A stretch of DNA of 62,485 bases, filler included. It is 5 parts of 5 records of this genome, joined end to end, with 100 filler letters (N's around TTAATTAATTAA, not from the genome) between each part and the next. Parts side by side here need not be neighbours in the genome. Positions count along the whole stretch, not along the records: positions 1 to 22,635 come from SRR31156797_7080; positions 22,736 to 40,792 come from SRR31156797_7088; 3 more parts are not named here. One strand, written 5' to 3'. Positions 19,165-29,254 of this stretch are shown one piece after another; the first letter of the stretch is position 1, and every line of letters begins with the position of its first letter. Below the pieces are notes generated by a model. It searched no databases, had not been told where the DNA came from, and saw nothing but the letters and a program-made list of their open reading frames with translations. Position numbers and translations under genes: made by a program.

Positions 19165-20064
19165 CTAAATTTCTAAAGGATTTAGCTCCCAGGATCGGGA
19201 TTCTCTGTTATATGAAATTTCAGCCGTACTGAGATCGAGCATCCTGCCGTCGTTACCGCTCAGCCTGATCCTCTTGGAGAAAATATTCACCTCGGTCACC
19301 CGGAAGGTGGCGCCGTCCCAGCTGATCCTGCTGCCTTCGGAGGGCAGCTTCTTCTTCTCTTCCTGATAGTAGTCGTACTCGTAGGAGAGGCAGCAAAGCA
19401 GCCGTCCGCAGGGGCCGGAGATCTTCATGGAGTTGAGAGAGAGGTTCTGCTCCTTGGCCATCTTGATGGAGACGGGGCTCAGGTGATCGGTCAGGCTGTG
19501 GCAGCAATACTCCCGTCCGCACACGCCCATTCCGCCGAGCACCCGCGATTCGTCCCTAACGCCTATCTGACGCAGCTCTATCCTCATCTTGAAGATAGAG
19601 ACCAGATCCTTTACCAGCTCCCGGAAGTCTATCCTGTTTTCAGCCGTAAAAAAGAACATGACCTTAGGCTCGTCCAGAAGGTAGTGAGCCGAGACCAGAG
19701 CCATATCCAGCTTATGCCTGTCGATCTTCTCCCGGCAGGTCCTGAAAGCCTTTTCCTCTTTCTCCTTGAAGGATTCGGCCTTCTTCAGGTCCTCGTCGCT
19801 GACACGCCTGACCACGTTTCTCAGGTCGCCCTTCCTGACATGCTTCACGCATCGAATGGGCCCCAGGATCTTTACCATATCGTTCCCGTAGCGGGTCTTC
19901 AGGATGATAAGATCACCGATCTTAAAACTCTCTCCCTTGGGGGGGATGCAGACCTCCGTCTCGCTGGAGTGGAGGATCTTGGCCCTGTACAGTCCGTCGG
20001 GGTAGTTATTTATATCCAGGGGAGCGCCCTTTCCGTGGTGCTCCTTATTCTTGTCCGATCCCAT
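19165..20064 (-). CDS. ricT: PSP1-domain protein (RicT/YaaT family)
   Basis: RIDFRELVKDL, RIELRQIGVRDE, GVCGREYCC, SIKMAKEQNLSLN..KISGPCGRLLCCL. Confidence 0.92.
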   Translation of the reverse strand: MGSDKNKEHHGKGAPLDINNYPDGLYRAKILHSSETEVCIPPKGESFKIGDLIILKTRYGNDMVKILGPIRCVKHVRKGDLRNVVRRVSDEDLKKAESFKEKEEKAFRTCREKIDRHKLDMALVSAHYLLDEPKVMFFFTAENRIDFRELVKDLVSIFKMRIELRQIGVRDESRVLGGMGVCGREYCCHSLTDHLSPVSIKMAKEQNLSLNSMKISGPCGRLLCCLSYEYDYYQEEKKKLPSEGSRISWDGATFRVTEVNIFSKRIRLSGNDGRMLDLSTAEISYNRESRSWELNPLEI

Positions 20065-20096
20065 TGCTGATCTCCTAAACCCGAACGTCCCCCGCC

Positions 20097-20597
20097 CTAG
20101 CGGCTGAGATCGACGAGTATTCCATAGATTTCATCCACCTTCCGAAGAATCTCCAGCTGATTGCGCTGGCTCCGCAGCACGGCGGCTCCCAGACTCTCCA
20201 GTCTCTTGTCCACTACCGCAATCAGGGTGTACTGCTTGCGGCTCATAGTCCTGGGATTCAAGCGGCCCTCTTTCTGCTCCGCTTCCAGACTGCGGCTGAC
20301 CACATACTGATAGAAGTGGCGTACGGCCTTCTTGTACTTTCCCAGGGTCGCCAGGGAGGCGTCGTCCTTGAGAGCCTCCCCCAGCTGATAGACCTCGTCC
20401 AGAAGCTCTTCCACCTGTTCCATCCCCGTCAGGCCTTCGCTGACGGAGGCGCTGGCATGAAGCTCCGACTCTTCGGTCTTTCTCATTGTACTGCGAAATC
20501 CGACGGATGAGGTCTTTTTCTTTTCAACCTTCTTTTTTTCCTTCCCCGATGAGGGAAGGAGGGTTCCGCCGACGATCCCCAGCTTGTCTACGTCCAC
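20097..20597 (-). CDS. YaaR/DUF327 family protein
   Basis: LLDEV..LGE.L, YKKAVR.F, IL.KVDEI.GILVDL; adjacent to yaaT. Confidence 0.8.
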   Translation of the reverse strand: MDVDKLGIVGGTLLPSSGKEKKKVEKKKTSSVGFRSTMRKTEESELHASASVSEGLTGMEQVEELLDEVYQLGEALKDDASLATLGKYKKAVRHFYQYVVSRSLEAEQKEGRLNPRTMSRKQYTLIAVVDKRLESLGAAVLRSQRNQLEILRKVDEIYGILVDLSR

Positions 20598-20601
20598 CTT
20601 A

Positions 20602-21033
20602 TCAGGCGTCTCCGTCAGCCGGCTGCCAGTTCACGGAATAGCTGGCTCCCGAACTTGAGACGGGCACCTTCTGCTGTTCCTCTTCCTCTTCGCCGCCCAT
20701 GATCACGCAGCTGCCGTGGAGGAGCACGCCCTCTTCCACGACGAGGTTCCGGGCCTGGATGTTTCCGATGACCATGCCGGTGGCCAGGATAACGACCTTC
20801 CCTGTGGAGTAGATGTTCCCGTGCACCACGCCGCCCACGACGGCGGTACTGGCCACGATATTGCACTCGGCCCGGCCGGTCTTGCCCACCAGGACCTTTC
20901 CTTTGGTGTTGATGCTTCCGGAGAAATCTCCGTCTATGCGAAGCAGCCCGTTCAGAACAAGCTCTCCGCTGAATTTAGTCCCTTCCCCGATGATGGAGTT
21001 GATAAAGGAATGGTTCTTTATGTAATCGCTCAT
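20602..21033 (-). CDS. Bactofilin
   Basis: SIIGEGTKFSG, LLRIDGDFSG, VIGNI.A..LVVEEG. Confidence 0.92.
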   Translation of the reverse strand: MSDYIKNHSFINSIIGEGTKFSGELVLNGLLRIDGDFSGSINTKGKVLVGKTGRAECNIVASTAVVGGVVHGNIYSTGKVVILATGMVIGNIQARNLVVEEGVLLHGSCVIMGGEEEEEQQKVPVSSSGASYSVNWQPADGDA

Positions 21034-21088
21034 ATTTATATCAGCCCTTGTTTTCCAAAGTTCTCAGCTAGTCTAACCCGTATTGATG

Positions 21089-21120
21089 AAAAAAAGAAGC
21101 CCCGGCGAAACGGCCGGGGG
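21089..21120 (-). terminator. Probable intrinsic terminator after the M23 peptidase gene
   Basis: Minus strand CCCCGGC...GCCGGGG followed by CTTCTTTTTT. Confidence 0.65.
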
Positions 21121-21149
21121 ATAGCTGTATTGATAACATAGAAATGGAA

Positions 21150-22247
21150 TTATTGATATTTCTGAAGACTCCGGGTCACCCGGCTGAAAACGTCATGATT
21201 TTCGGTCATATTGATATACTTGACGGGGTCTACGACCTGTGAACCGATATGCACCTCGTAGTGGAGGTGGGGGCCCGTGGACATTCCGGTGCTTCCCATG
21301 GTTCCCAGGACATCCCCCTGGGTGATGTCCTGACCGGGTTTGACATACAGACGCTGCATATGACCGTACTTGGTATAGAATCCGTACTTATGCCGGATCT
21401 TTACATAGTTTCCGTAGTTGCCTTCGTCGTAGTCGGCTTCCAGAACCTTTCCGTTCGCCGTGGCGATGATGGGGACGCCGTATCCGTAGGCCAGGTCCAC
21501 TCCCTTATGAAGGTACCACTGTCCCGTAAAGGGGTGGATGGAGGGACCGAAAACGGCGGTCACATATCCCTGCACGCCCTTGAGGGGCCACATGGTGGGG
21601 ATATCGGAAAGAAGGCTCTTCTGACTGTCCAGGATCTGCCCTATCTCCTCAAGGGAGGATACCGACTGGTCCAGGGCGGTCTTGAGTTTCTGGATCTCCA
21701 CGGTTTCGCTGAGGGTTCCGCTTTCCGCGGTCTCCACATTGAAGAAGGAGGAAAGGTCTCCCCCGCTTCCGCCGTGGACCTCCCTGTCAGCCGACTCAAT
21801 GCCCAGGGTATCCAGGGTGCCGGACAGGGTTTTCTGAAACGTATCGGTCGAGTTGATCAGAAGATTCACCTCGTTCCTGAGAACCTCGAGGCTGGCCTCG
21901 GAATGCTCCAGATCCTTCGAACGGGAAGCGAGCAGGTCGTTGGTTCCGGAAAAATCGGCGGTGAGCCAGACAAAGGTGACGACCAGGGAGATGAGGAGGA
22001 CGCTTATAAAAGTGAGGGCCAGAAGAGAGATCTGAAAATTAAACACTCTTTTTTCAGAGTGGGGAATGAGCATGATGGTAAGCTTCTGCCGACCCGTATT
22101 ACCGATACGGGACAGAAAACCGTTCCCCTGCATTCCCGAAGAGTTCCTTGCGGATGTTCTTCTTACTTTTCTCCCGGCCACTGTGACTCCTTGAGACTTC
22201 CCTATATTCCTTATCGTCCACTCTACACTGTTTCTGAAGCGATACAC
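21150..22247 (-). CDS. M23 family peptidase with N-terminal membrane anchor and coiled coil (true start may be downstream of 22247)
   Basis: HKGVD and STGPHLHYEV zinc motifs; one TM segment. Confidence 0.92.
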   Translation of the reverse strand: MYRFRNSVEWTIRNIGKSQGVTVAGRKVRRTSARNSSGMQGNGFLSRIGNTGRQKLTIMLIPHSEKRVFNFQISLLALTFISVLLISLVVTFVWLTADFSGTNDLLASRSKDLEHSEASLEVLRNEVNLLINSTDTFQKTLSGTLDTLGIESADREVHGGSGGDLSSFFNVETAESGTLSETVEIQKLKTALDQSVSSLEEIGQILDSQKSLLSDIPTMWPLKGVQGYVTAVFGPSIHPFTGQWYLHKGVDLAYGYGVPIIATANGKVLEADYDEGNYGNYVKIRHKYGFYTKYGHMQRLYVKPGQDITQGDVLGTMGSTGMSTGPHLHYEVHIGSQVVDPVKYINMTENHDVFSRVTRSLQKYQ

Positions 22248-22607
22248 AAGGCTGGAACAGACGTTTAGAGCTCGCGAAAAGGCGGTTTTCTATTAATTCA
22301 CTGTCATTATACCGCCGTTTACATATAAAAACAATAAACCCACCCCGGAAACCGGGACGGGGAAACGCCCGAAAAAGCGGAGCCGACTCAAAGAAGGACG
22401 GCGGCGATTCGGGTAAATGAGGGGGATTTTTCATTTTTTTCTTGTTTTTGTTTTCAATATGGTCTAATAATATCAGGTAAGAACGGAGGGCTTGTCCGAT
22501 TCCCGGACGGGTCTCATTCAATGTATCCGGTCTGGTTGACTCATCCCGAAAGGATGTGTTATAAGGGCTGAGATTTTTCTACATCCTATATTTAAAGCGG
22601 TAATAAC

Positions 22608-22635
22608 ATGCAGTATTTTGATACTCACGCCCATA
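22608..22635 (+). CDS. 5' fragment of a TatD-family hydrolase, truncated by the contig end
   Basis: ATG start reading MQYFDTHAH, the DxHxH N-terminal motif; only 9 codons visible. Confidence 0.6.
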
Positions 22636-22735
22636 NNNNNNNNNNNNNNNNNNNNNNNNNNNNNNNNNNNNNNNNNNNNTTAATTAATTAANNNNNNNNN
22701 NNNNNNNNNNNNNNNNNNNNNNNNNNNNNNNNNNN
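22636..22735. other. Artificial contig spacer
   Basis: 44 N + TTAATTAATTAA + 44 N; base composition changes across it. Confidence 0.99.
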
Positions 22736-22737
22736 GC

Positions 22738-22766
22738 AAAAAAAAGCGCGATTTAACTCGCGCTTT
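22738..22766 (-). terminator. Intrinsic terminator of the ytfJ-like gene
   Basis: AAAGCGCGA-N6-TCGCGCTTT with an adjoining A run (T run on minus). Confidence 0.75.
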
Positions 22767-22772
22767 ACAAAT

Positions 22773-23300
22773 TTAAATATTTTCCAGTATAACTTTTAAA
22801 TACTTTTCGATCTCTGCTTCGTCCATCTTACCGTCAAAACGATATTTCAGAACTCCATTTTTATCAAAGACTAAGGTACAGTAACTGTTATCGGTTAAGC
22901 CCCATTCATTGACGAAAACATGTTTTTTATCTGTCAAATAAACAGTATCAGGATATTTTTTCTGTTTATTTTTCAAGATCATAGTCACAGCAAATCCGGG
23001 AAGTTTTGTTCCCTTGTAATTAATGACTGCAGCTGTTTTTAATTTTGTTTTTGGAATATCCATAATATCCAATGTGTCTTCAGCTGCTTCATTCATATCC
23101 GATTCATCCGGATCCACATAGAAAAGCACCCATGCAGTGTTTTCAAGTTCACAAGAACACCAGCCGGTTTTATCCATACGGCCACCATTCTTGCCATCAA
23201 GTTCAAGAGATGCAGGTTTTTCGCCCACAACAAGGGCTTCAGCAAATGCAAAACCGCTTAAGCATAAGATTGTCAGTATGACGATCAGAAACTTCTTCAT
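22773..23300 (-). CDS. YtfJ/HI0045 family exported thioredoxin-like protein
   Basis: Signal peptide; LFYVDPDE..MN, AVIN, KQKKYP...YLTD, WGL. Confidence 0.75.
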   Translation of the reverse strand: MKKFLIVILTILCLSGFAFAEALVVGEKPASLELDGKNGGRMDKTGWCSCELENTAWVLFYVDPDESDMNEAAEDTLDIMDIPKTKLKTAAVINYKGTKLPGFAVTMILKNKQKKYPDTVYLTDKKHVFVNEWGLTDNSYCTLVFDKNGVLKYRFDGKMDEAEIEKYLKVILENI

Positions 23301-23543
23301 TTTTCCCTCCTATCGGGTAGTTATTGTGATTGAAAAATATAGGACTTTTTTACCCCTTTGCCAATAATATTTCTACCGTTGCCATTTACTACATATTTAT
23401 AAATATGTTCCCAAGGATCAATACGTGATCGGATGAGACATCAAACGTCATTACTAAAGCTTTGAATGACAGGTTTCCTGTTCCGTACACCTTTTACGAA
23501 ATTCTTTTTTGTATATCTCTTATATTCTCTTATCTTTTGCCTT

Positions 23544-24434
23544 ATGACGATCACATTCTCAAAAATGACCACAGCCGAAGCGGACCCCCATAAAGATCCG
23601 GCGATCATTGCCGATCTTCATATTCATTCCACTGCTTCAGACGGTGAATACTCCCCCATCCAAATTGCAGAAATGCTGCACAAGAACAAGATCCAGGTCT
23701 CGGCTCTTGCCGATCACGATACCTTCGGCGGATATAAAGAGTTTAAAAAAGCTTTTAATGGAACTGCTATACCCGGTGTGGAATTATCCGTACAGTATAA
23801 GGATACCGGACTTCATTTACTATCCTATGGTTTTGATCCTGAAAATAAGGCCTTTGTAGATCGACTGGAGTATTTTCAGAATGTGCGATACCAAAGAATA
23901 GAATCAATGTGCGAGCAGCTAACTGAGTTGGGGAAGCCTCTTACGATTGATGAGGTTAAAAAAAATTATCCTGCAGATACAACACTTGGGCGACCACATA
24001 TTGCACGCGCAATGATCGCAAAAGGATATATTAAATCATTTAATGAAGCATTCAACAAATTTATCGGCGATGGTAAACCGGCATACGTTCCCAAGGCAAG
24101 ATTAGATTTTGAAGAAGCTTTGGAATTGATCAAAAATTCCGGTGGCATCAGCATACTTGCTCATCCGGGTCTATTCCTTAATGAATTATCTTTCGATATT
24201 ATGAAAATGTTACCGGTCAATGGTTTTGAAGCATATCATCCAAATCACTCAAAATCATTTTCACGAATATTAGTTGATCACTGTCTGAAACACGATCTTC
24301 CCTACACCGGCGGATCAGATTTCCATGATCTCCGCAGAAATAAGACAAACGTTATCGGTAAATGGGGACTTTCTTTGCAGGAGTGGGAATTTGTCAGAAC
24401 TTATCTGAATGATAATTGTTACTACCAAGTATAA
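23544..24434 (+). CDS. PHP-domain phosphoesterase (TrpH/YciV-like); start uncertain
   Basis: DLHIHSTASDG, LADHDT, PGVELS, GRPHIAR, LAHP, GGSDFH. Confidence 0.92.
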   Translation: MTITFSKMTTAEADPHKDPAIIADLHIHSTASDGEYSPIQIAEMLHKNKIQVSALADHDTFGGYKEFKKAFNGTAIPGVELSVQYKDTGLHLLSYGFDPENKAFVDRLEYFQNVRYQRIESMCEQLTELGKPLTIDEVKKNYPADTTLGRPHIARAMIAKGYIKSFNEAFNKFIGDGKPAYVPKARLDFEEALELIKNSGGISILAHPGLFLNELSFDIMKMLPVNGFEAYHPNHSKSFSRILVDHCLKHDLPYTGGSDFHDLRRNKTNVIGKWGLSLQEWEFVRTYLNDNCYYQV

Positions 24435-24450
24435 TAGCCAATAATCAATT

Positions 24451-24582
24451 TCCAATATCCAATATCCAATTTATGTTGAAGGTTGAATAATTCGTTATTC
24501 TTTATTTACTTCGATTATTCGGATGCCTGCCCCTCGTGGCACGAAGAGCGAAGTAGGGTTCGTTATTCATTATTCGTCATTC
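24451..24582. repeat. Heptamer tandem repeats flanking a GC-rich imperfect palindrome
   Basis: TCCAATA x about 3; TTCGTTA/TTCATTA/TTCGTCA units on both sides of GCCTGCCCCTCGTGGCACGAAGAGCGAAGTAGGGT. Confidence 0.55.
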
Positions 24583-25631
24583 AAGGAGCTCTGCTTCGGC
24601 ACGGTTTCTCCCATTATGGCTCTCAATGTAAAAGATCCGCCGCTGTATTGAAGAATGAGTGCAATAATGGATTGAATGGGCACACAAAGTATCATACCGA
24701 TAGGCCCCCATAACCAATTCCAGAAAAACAAAGATACAATAATGAATAATGGTGACAGTTTAAGTCCCTGACCGATGTATCGGGGATCCAGAACATTTCC
24801 AAAAAGAAATTGAGAACTGATGAGCAATATAGACATAAGAACAAAATTCCCATCAAAACCATATTGCAGCAAATAAACTGAAATAGGAAATATTGTCGCA
24901 ATGATCGAGCCGATACTTGGCACAAAATTCAGAATAAATGTGATCACACCTATTACAATGACAAAATCCAATCTAAAGAATGACATGATGATCATCGCCG
25001 ACACAGACGTTCCCAAACTAATGATCGTCTTTCTGGAAACGTAGGTCTGTACTTTCTTTTGTATTTCCGTTATGATCCCCGGTTCGAAGTTATTTCTCCG
25101 TTTCAATAACAAGGCTTCCATTCTTTCGCTGATATTTTTCCTTTCCGCAATAATGAACATAAGTAATAGGATCATCAGTATCAGTGAAACCGTAAAATCC
25201 AGGAACGATCCCATCGTGGATGTGATCACACTCTGTAAAGACATCCTATCGGCGATCTCAAGCCAGTTCACTTTATCCTGGAAGAAATACCGGGCATCTT
25301 CCATAGGTATTTTTAATTGTGACATAAAATTATTAAAACCAAGGATCACTTTATCCTGATACTTGGGAAATTCATTGGCAAAGGATGTGACACTTGCATA
25401 TACCACGGTTCCGATCAAAAACAATGCAACACTAACAATGATCAGAAGGAGTATGAGGATCAGAAAATTCGGTACCTTTTTTTTAGACAGAAAAGAGACC
25501 ATAGGGCCGAATAAAAATGCAAAAAAGATCGCCAAGAATAAAGGAATAAATATATTGCTAAGCTCTTTTAGAAAAAACACCGCGATAACAAAAGCGATCA
25601 AAATGACCAAATGCCTCAGCGAACGGTTCAT
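24570..25631 (-). CDS. AI-2E family transporter
   Basis: Polytopic membrane protein; LNFVPSIGS, GNVLDPRYIG..LKLSP, WLWGPIGMILCVP. Confidence 0.92.
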   Translation of the reverse strand: MNRSLRHLVILIAFVIAVFFLKELSNIFIPLFLAIFFAFLFGPMVSFLSKKKVPNFLILILLLIIVSVALFLIGTVVYASVTSFANEFPKYQDKVILGFNNFMSQLKIPMEDARYFFQDKVNWLEIADRMSLQSVITSTMGSFLDFTVSLILMILLLMFIIAERKNISERMEALLLKRRNNFEPGIITEIQKKVQTYVSRKTIISLGTSVSAMIIMSFFRLDFVIVIGVITFILNFVPSIGSIIATIFPISVYLLQYGFDGNFVLMSILLISSQFLFGNVLDPRYIGQGLKLSPLFIIVSLFFWNWLWGPIGMILCVPIQSIIALILQYSGGSFTLRAIMGETVPKQSSLNDE

Positions 25632-25903
25632 TTGAAATTGTTCTTTTAGTTTTATAACCATTTTCCACCTGTGTATGTTTTGGAAGTTTAATAATTTTAT
25701 CCCCTTTATCAAGAATAATCTTAATAATCACCAAATATTTACTTTCATGAAAAGATTATCCCTTTGTTCCTTCTTTTTGAAAATCATCAAAATTTTGCGA
25801 TTTAAAATAACGGTTTTTTAGCAAATTATATATTGTGTTAAAAGATTGACACAAGATGATTATTTTTGTAATTTATAGGGATATGTATATAAAAACCAAG
25901 TAA

Positions 25904-26746
25904 ATGCGAATGAGTCTGAAGATATACAACATTTCCAAGCGGGTTTCTCCTTTCACTCCGGCATCGACCGAGGGTGACTTTATTTCCAATACCTCAAAGG
26001 TTTTCAACGATAATAAGATCGATGTCCGCGTATTTCTTCCCCGATACGGTTATATTTCTGAAAGAAAATATATTCTTCGTGAAGTCATTCGTTTGAAAGA
26101 GATCTCAGTCAATTATAATAATGAAGAGGTCATTTCATCGGTTAAATCGGCATTTATCCCTGATTCCAGAGTTCAGGTATACTTTAATATTTATCCCGAT
26201 TTTTACAAAGAGATCACAAAACAGGTAACCAGCAACTACCAGCAACCTAAGAACAGTAATGTATTCAACACATACCTGATGTATTGCTTTGCTGCCCTGA
26301 ACACACTGGAACGCTTATATTGGCAACCGGATGTCATCTTATGTTACAACTGGCATTCTGCCATGATACCCATTTTGCTTAAAACAGTCCTTAAAGATCA
26401 TGAATGGTTCGCTAATACCAAGATCGTCACTGTACTTAGCAATGATGAGGACTTTTATCCGTTTACGGAAGAATCTCTTAAAAACTTTAATATTGAGGAT
26501 ACAAAGGACTTACTGGAACCCGCTGATTTTCTTCAGTCAACATTAACTTACTCTGATGCAGTGATAAGACTGAAGTCAAAAAAAGACAATAAGTTAGATG
26601 GGCTGTTGAAGAAAAAGAAAATTTCCGATATTTTATCTTCCAAAAAGGAACAATATAAAATATTCGACATAAACAGCTCTAACAATAACATAGAATTTTG
26701 GGGTCCAATTGCAAAAGAACTTTATGAATTCCTCGACAGCCTGTAA
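25904..26746 (+). CDS. Glycogen/starch synthase N-terminal domain-only protein
   Basis: DVRVFLPRYGYISER..LREVIRL, WQPDVILCYNWHSAMIP; lacks the C-terminal GT-B domain. Confidence 0.8.
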   Translation: MRMSLKIYNISKRVSPFTPASTEGDFISNTSKVFNDNKIDVRVFLPRYGYISERKYILREVIRLKEISVNYNNEEVISSVKSAFIPDSRVQVYFNIYPDFYKEITKQVTSNYQQPKNSNVFNTYLMYCFAALNTLERLYWQPDVILCYNWHSAMIPILLKTVLKDHEWFANTKIVTVLSNDEDFYPFTEESLKNFNIEDTKDLLEPADFLQSTLTYSDAVIRLKSKKDNKLDGLLKKKKISDILSSKKEQYKIFDINSSNNNIEFWGPIAKELYEFLDSL

Positions 26747-27986
26747 TCACTCGTCATCAAACATAAAAGGACGTCAAAGTAGCTTTACTTTGGCTTTTTT
26801 TTGTTTTGTTATTATTACGGCTCTAATGTCTTCCTGCACTGATAATATCTTCAGTACACCTTATGGAAACAAAACACTGGTAGTTGATTCGCTCAGCTAC
26901 GACCATACGATCATATCTTCAGTAAAGAACCTGAACGTTCCGGCAATGGGAAGTTCACTTTTACAGAACAAAGTGGGACGTTACAATAATCTCACGACGA
27001 ATTTTGTGGTCAAATTCACTAATTTTGAAGCATTAAGCGCTCTGCCCGATTCCGTTTATGCCACAATAAATTCAGCAAATGCTGTTTTGTATGTTGCCGA
27101 TTATTGGGGGACAGAATCTGATGTCCCGCTGGGGATCGCCATGCTTCCAAATGATACGACACATTATTGGACAAATATCTCCGATCCTGAAGAAACATTT
27201 GAATTGATCGAAGGCAGCACGGTTCCTTATTCATCGGTTTCAGTTTCAACAATGGATGATTCTCTCTATATCCCCATTGACCTGGATCTGGTGAATGACT
27301 GGTATACGCTGAAGGATTCGTTCTATGTCAATAATGGTTTCACGGTTAAAAAAAGCAGTCTTTCTGATGGATTGATTGCTTTTCATAGTATTGAATACTC
27401 ATCTTCTGATGATGATTTGAGACCAAGGTTACGTTTAGAATGCAGTATCAATGATACCAATGATGTCTTTATAAAAGACAGTACTTTCTACATATATGGC
27501 AGCGGTGATCTTCAGTACGCTAAAAGCTATTCAAGCATTGATGATGAAATCTTTTATTTATCTCAGGGTAATATCTATCGTTCATTCATGGAGTTTGACG
27601 AATTCAGGCAGGATACTTTACTGGGTCCAACGGATCTATTGAATAAGGCTGAGTTATCCCTTGTGATGGATGAGATGTACAGTTCTATCGCCATAGAGGA
27701 TACCGCTTTATATCTTACAGCAAGATTGTTTAAGACTGATTATTGGGATGGTGACAGTATACAATATTCATATACAGCCTATTCGCCGCTATTTGATAGC
27801 ATCAGCGATACAATTAAAATTGATATTTCTCAATTGATACAATACCTTATTTCAAATCCTAAAGAAATGGCCTATGAAGGTATATTCTTTTATTTGAACA
27901 ATGAATACAATGATTTCAATTCGATAAAGATCGATCCGGCAAAAACTCAACTGGACGTTATTTATACAAAGGTTAAAGATGAATAA
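26724..27986 (+). CDS. Lipoprotein, DUF4270-like
   Basis: Lipobox-like MSSC after a hydrophobic stretch; beta-rich; follows the short glycogen synthase gene. Family assignment is tentative. Confidence 0.6.
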   Translation: MNSSTACNHSSSNIKGRQSSFTLAFFCFVIITALMSSCTDNIFSTPYGNKTLVVDSLSYDHTIISSVKNLNVPAMGSSLLQNKVGRYNNLTTNFVVKFTNFEALSALPDSVYATINSANAVLYVADYWGTESDVPLGIAMLPNDTTHYWTNISDPEETFELIEGSTVPYSSVSVSTMDDSLYIPIDLDLVNDWYTLKDSFYVNNGFTVKKSSLSDGLIAFHSIEYSSSDDDLRPRLRLECSINDTNDVFIKDSTFYIYGSGDLQYAKSYSSIDDEIFYLSQGNIYRSFMEFDEFRQDTLLGPTDLLNKAELSLVMDEMYSSIAIEDTALYLTARLFKTDYWDGDSIQYSYTAYSPLFDSISDTIKIDISQLIQYLISNPKEMAYEGIFFYLNNEYNDFNSIKIDPAKTQLDVIYTKVKDE

Positions 27987-29241
27987 AAGAACTCTTACAA
28001 TATTAGCATTATTAATGTCAGTCAGTTTCGCCTTTGCCGGAGTTTTTGAACTATACGGTATTGGAAAGGTTGGATTGAACTATTCAGTTTCAGCTTTGGG
28101 CAGAGGAAAATCCTCTACTGCATTCTCAGATTCGCTCAGCGTGAATCTACAAAACCCGGCGAACTTAGCCTTTATTAAAAAAGCCGGTTTGGAAATGTCA
28201 GTAAATACAAGTCATAATTCCATAGTAGGTGTCGGGAACACAGATAACATTACAGGTTTTTCTTACGGCATGATCAAATTCCCCTTATCGCAAAAAGGTG
28301 GTTTTGCGCTTGGCCTGGCTCCGCTTACTTCATCTCACGCATCCTACCAAATTGTCGATGAAGCGAATAATTACAATGAAACAGCCAGCTCAACCGGAAA
28401 TATTTACGCTGCAACAATTGGAGCCGGTTACTCTTTCTTTAAAAAAGACCGCTTAACTATAGGTGCCAGTGCCGATTTTCTGATAGGTGGTTACAATATT
28501 ACCAAAGAAATGGACTTTACGTCCGATCTTTATTCGGATGTTCTAATAGAAACTGATGAAGGCTTTTCAGGTTGGAAATTCACAGGCGGTATCAATATCA
28601 AACCGGTGGACTTTCTATCAATCGGGGCTTCATATTCTTATGTAGCCAACTCAAATAGACGTCAGATCATTAATTATATGACAAATCGTCCGAATAACAC
28701 ATCTTTCTTCTATTCTCATATTGATACGGTTGATCACTCAACAGCATCAGTATTTCCGAATCGCTTTTCTGTAGGACTTGCTTTCATGCCAATCCCTCGT
28801 TATATTTTCACTGTGGATTGGATGCAGTATCAATTTGCAGGTCTGACATCCGATTTTTCGTTTAATCCATTTTATGAAGATTCGCAAATAGCACCTTTTA
28901 ATCATTATGGATTAGGCTTTGAAAGACAAGGGATCCTAAGTGAATATGTACCTTTCCATCAATCACTTACATACCGCGCAGGTTTGTATTTCGAGGAACA
29001 GTACATGGCAAATTCATTAGGCATTCCCGTAAAAACCTATGGTTTGACCCTGGGGATGGGTGTTCCGTTCACTAAATATCAGAATCGTGTTGATGTGGCC
29101 TTTGGAGTCGAATACAATACAGGCACCATTTACGAACAGAGCGGTATCGATCCCATCAATGTTTCGGAATTCGTTTATAATTTTAATGTAAGTATTACGA
29201 TCGCCGAGAATTGGTTCAATACTCGAGGTAAATACAGATAG
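27979..29241 (+). CDS. Outer membrane beta-barrel protein, FadL/PorV superfamily-like
   Basis: Signal peptide; YGIG...ALGRG...NPANLA plug; amphipathic strands; ends ENWF...KYR. Confidence 0.75.
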   Translation: MNKRTLTILALLMSVSFAFAGVFELYGIGKVGLNYSVSALGRGKSSTAFSDSLSVNLQNPANLAFIKKAGLEMSVNTSHNSIVGVGNTDNITGFSYGMIKFPLSQKGGFALGLAPLTSSHASYQIVDEANNYNETASSTGNIYAATIGAGYSFFKKDRLTIGASADFLIGGYNITKEMDFTSDLYSDVLIETDEGFSGWKFTGGINIKPVDFLSIGASYSYVANSNRRQIINYMTNRPNNTSFFYSHIDTVDHSTASVFPNRFSVGLAFMPIPRYIFTVDWMQYQFAGLTSDFSFNPFYEDSQIAPFNHYGLGFERQGILSEYVPFHQSLTYRAGLYFEEQYMANSLGIPVKTYGLTLGMGVPFTKYQNRVDVAFGVEYNTGTIYEQSGIDPINVSEFVYNFNVSITIAENWFNTRGKYR

Positions 29242-29254
29242 GATAGGAGATAAA

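Noticed and set aside
22680-22691. TTAATTAATTAA palindrome, four copies in the window
   Set aside because: Synthetic linker inside N runs, not a biological repeat or CRISPR.
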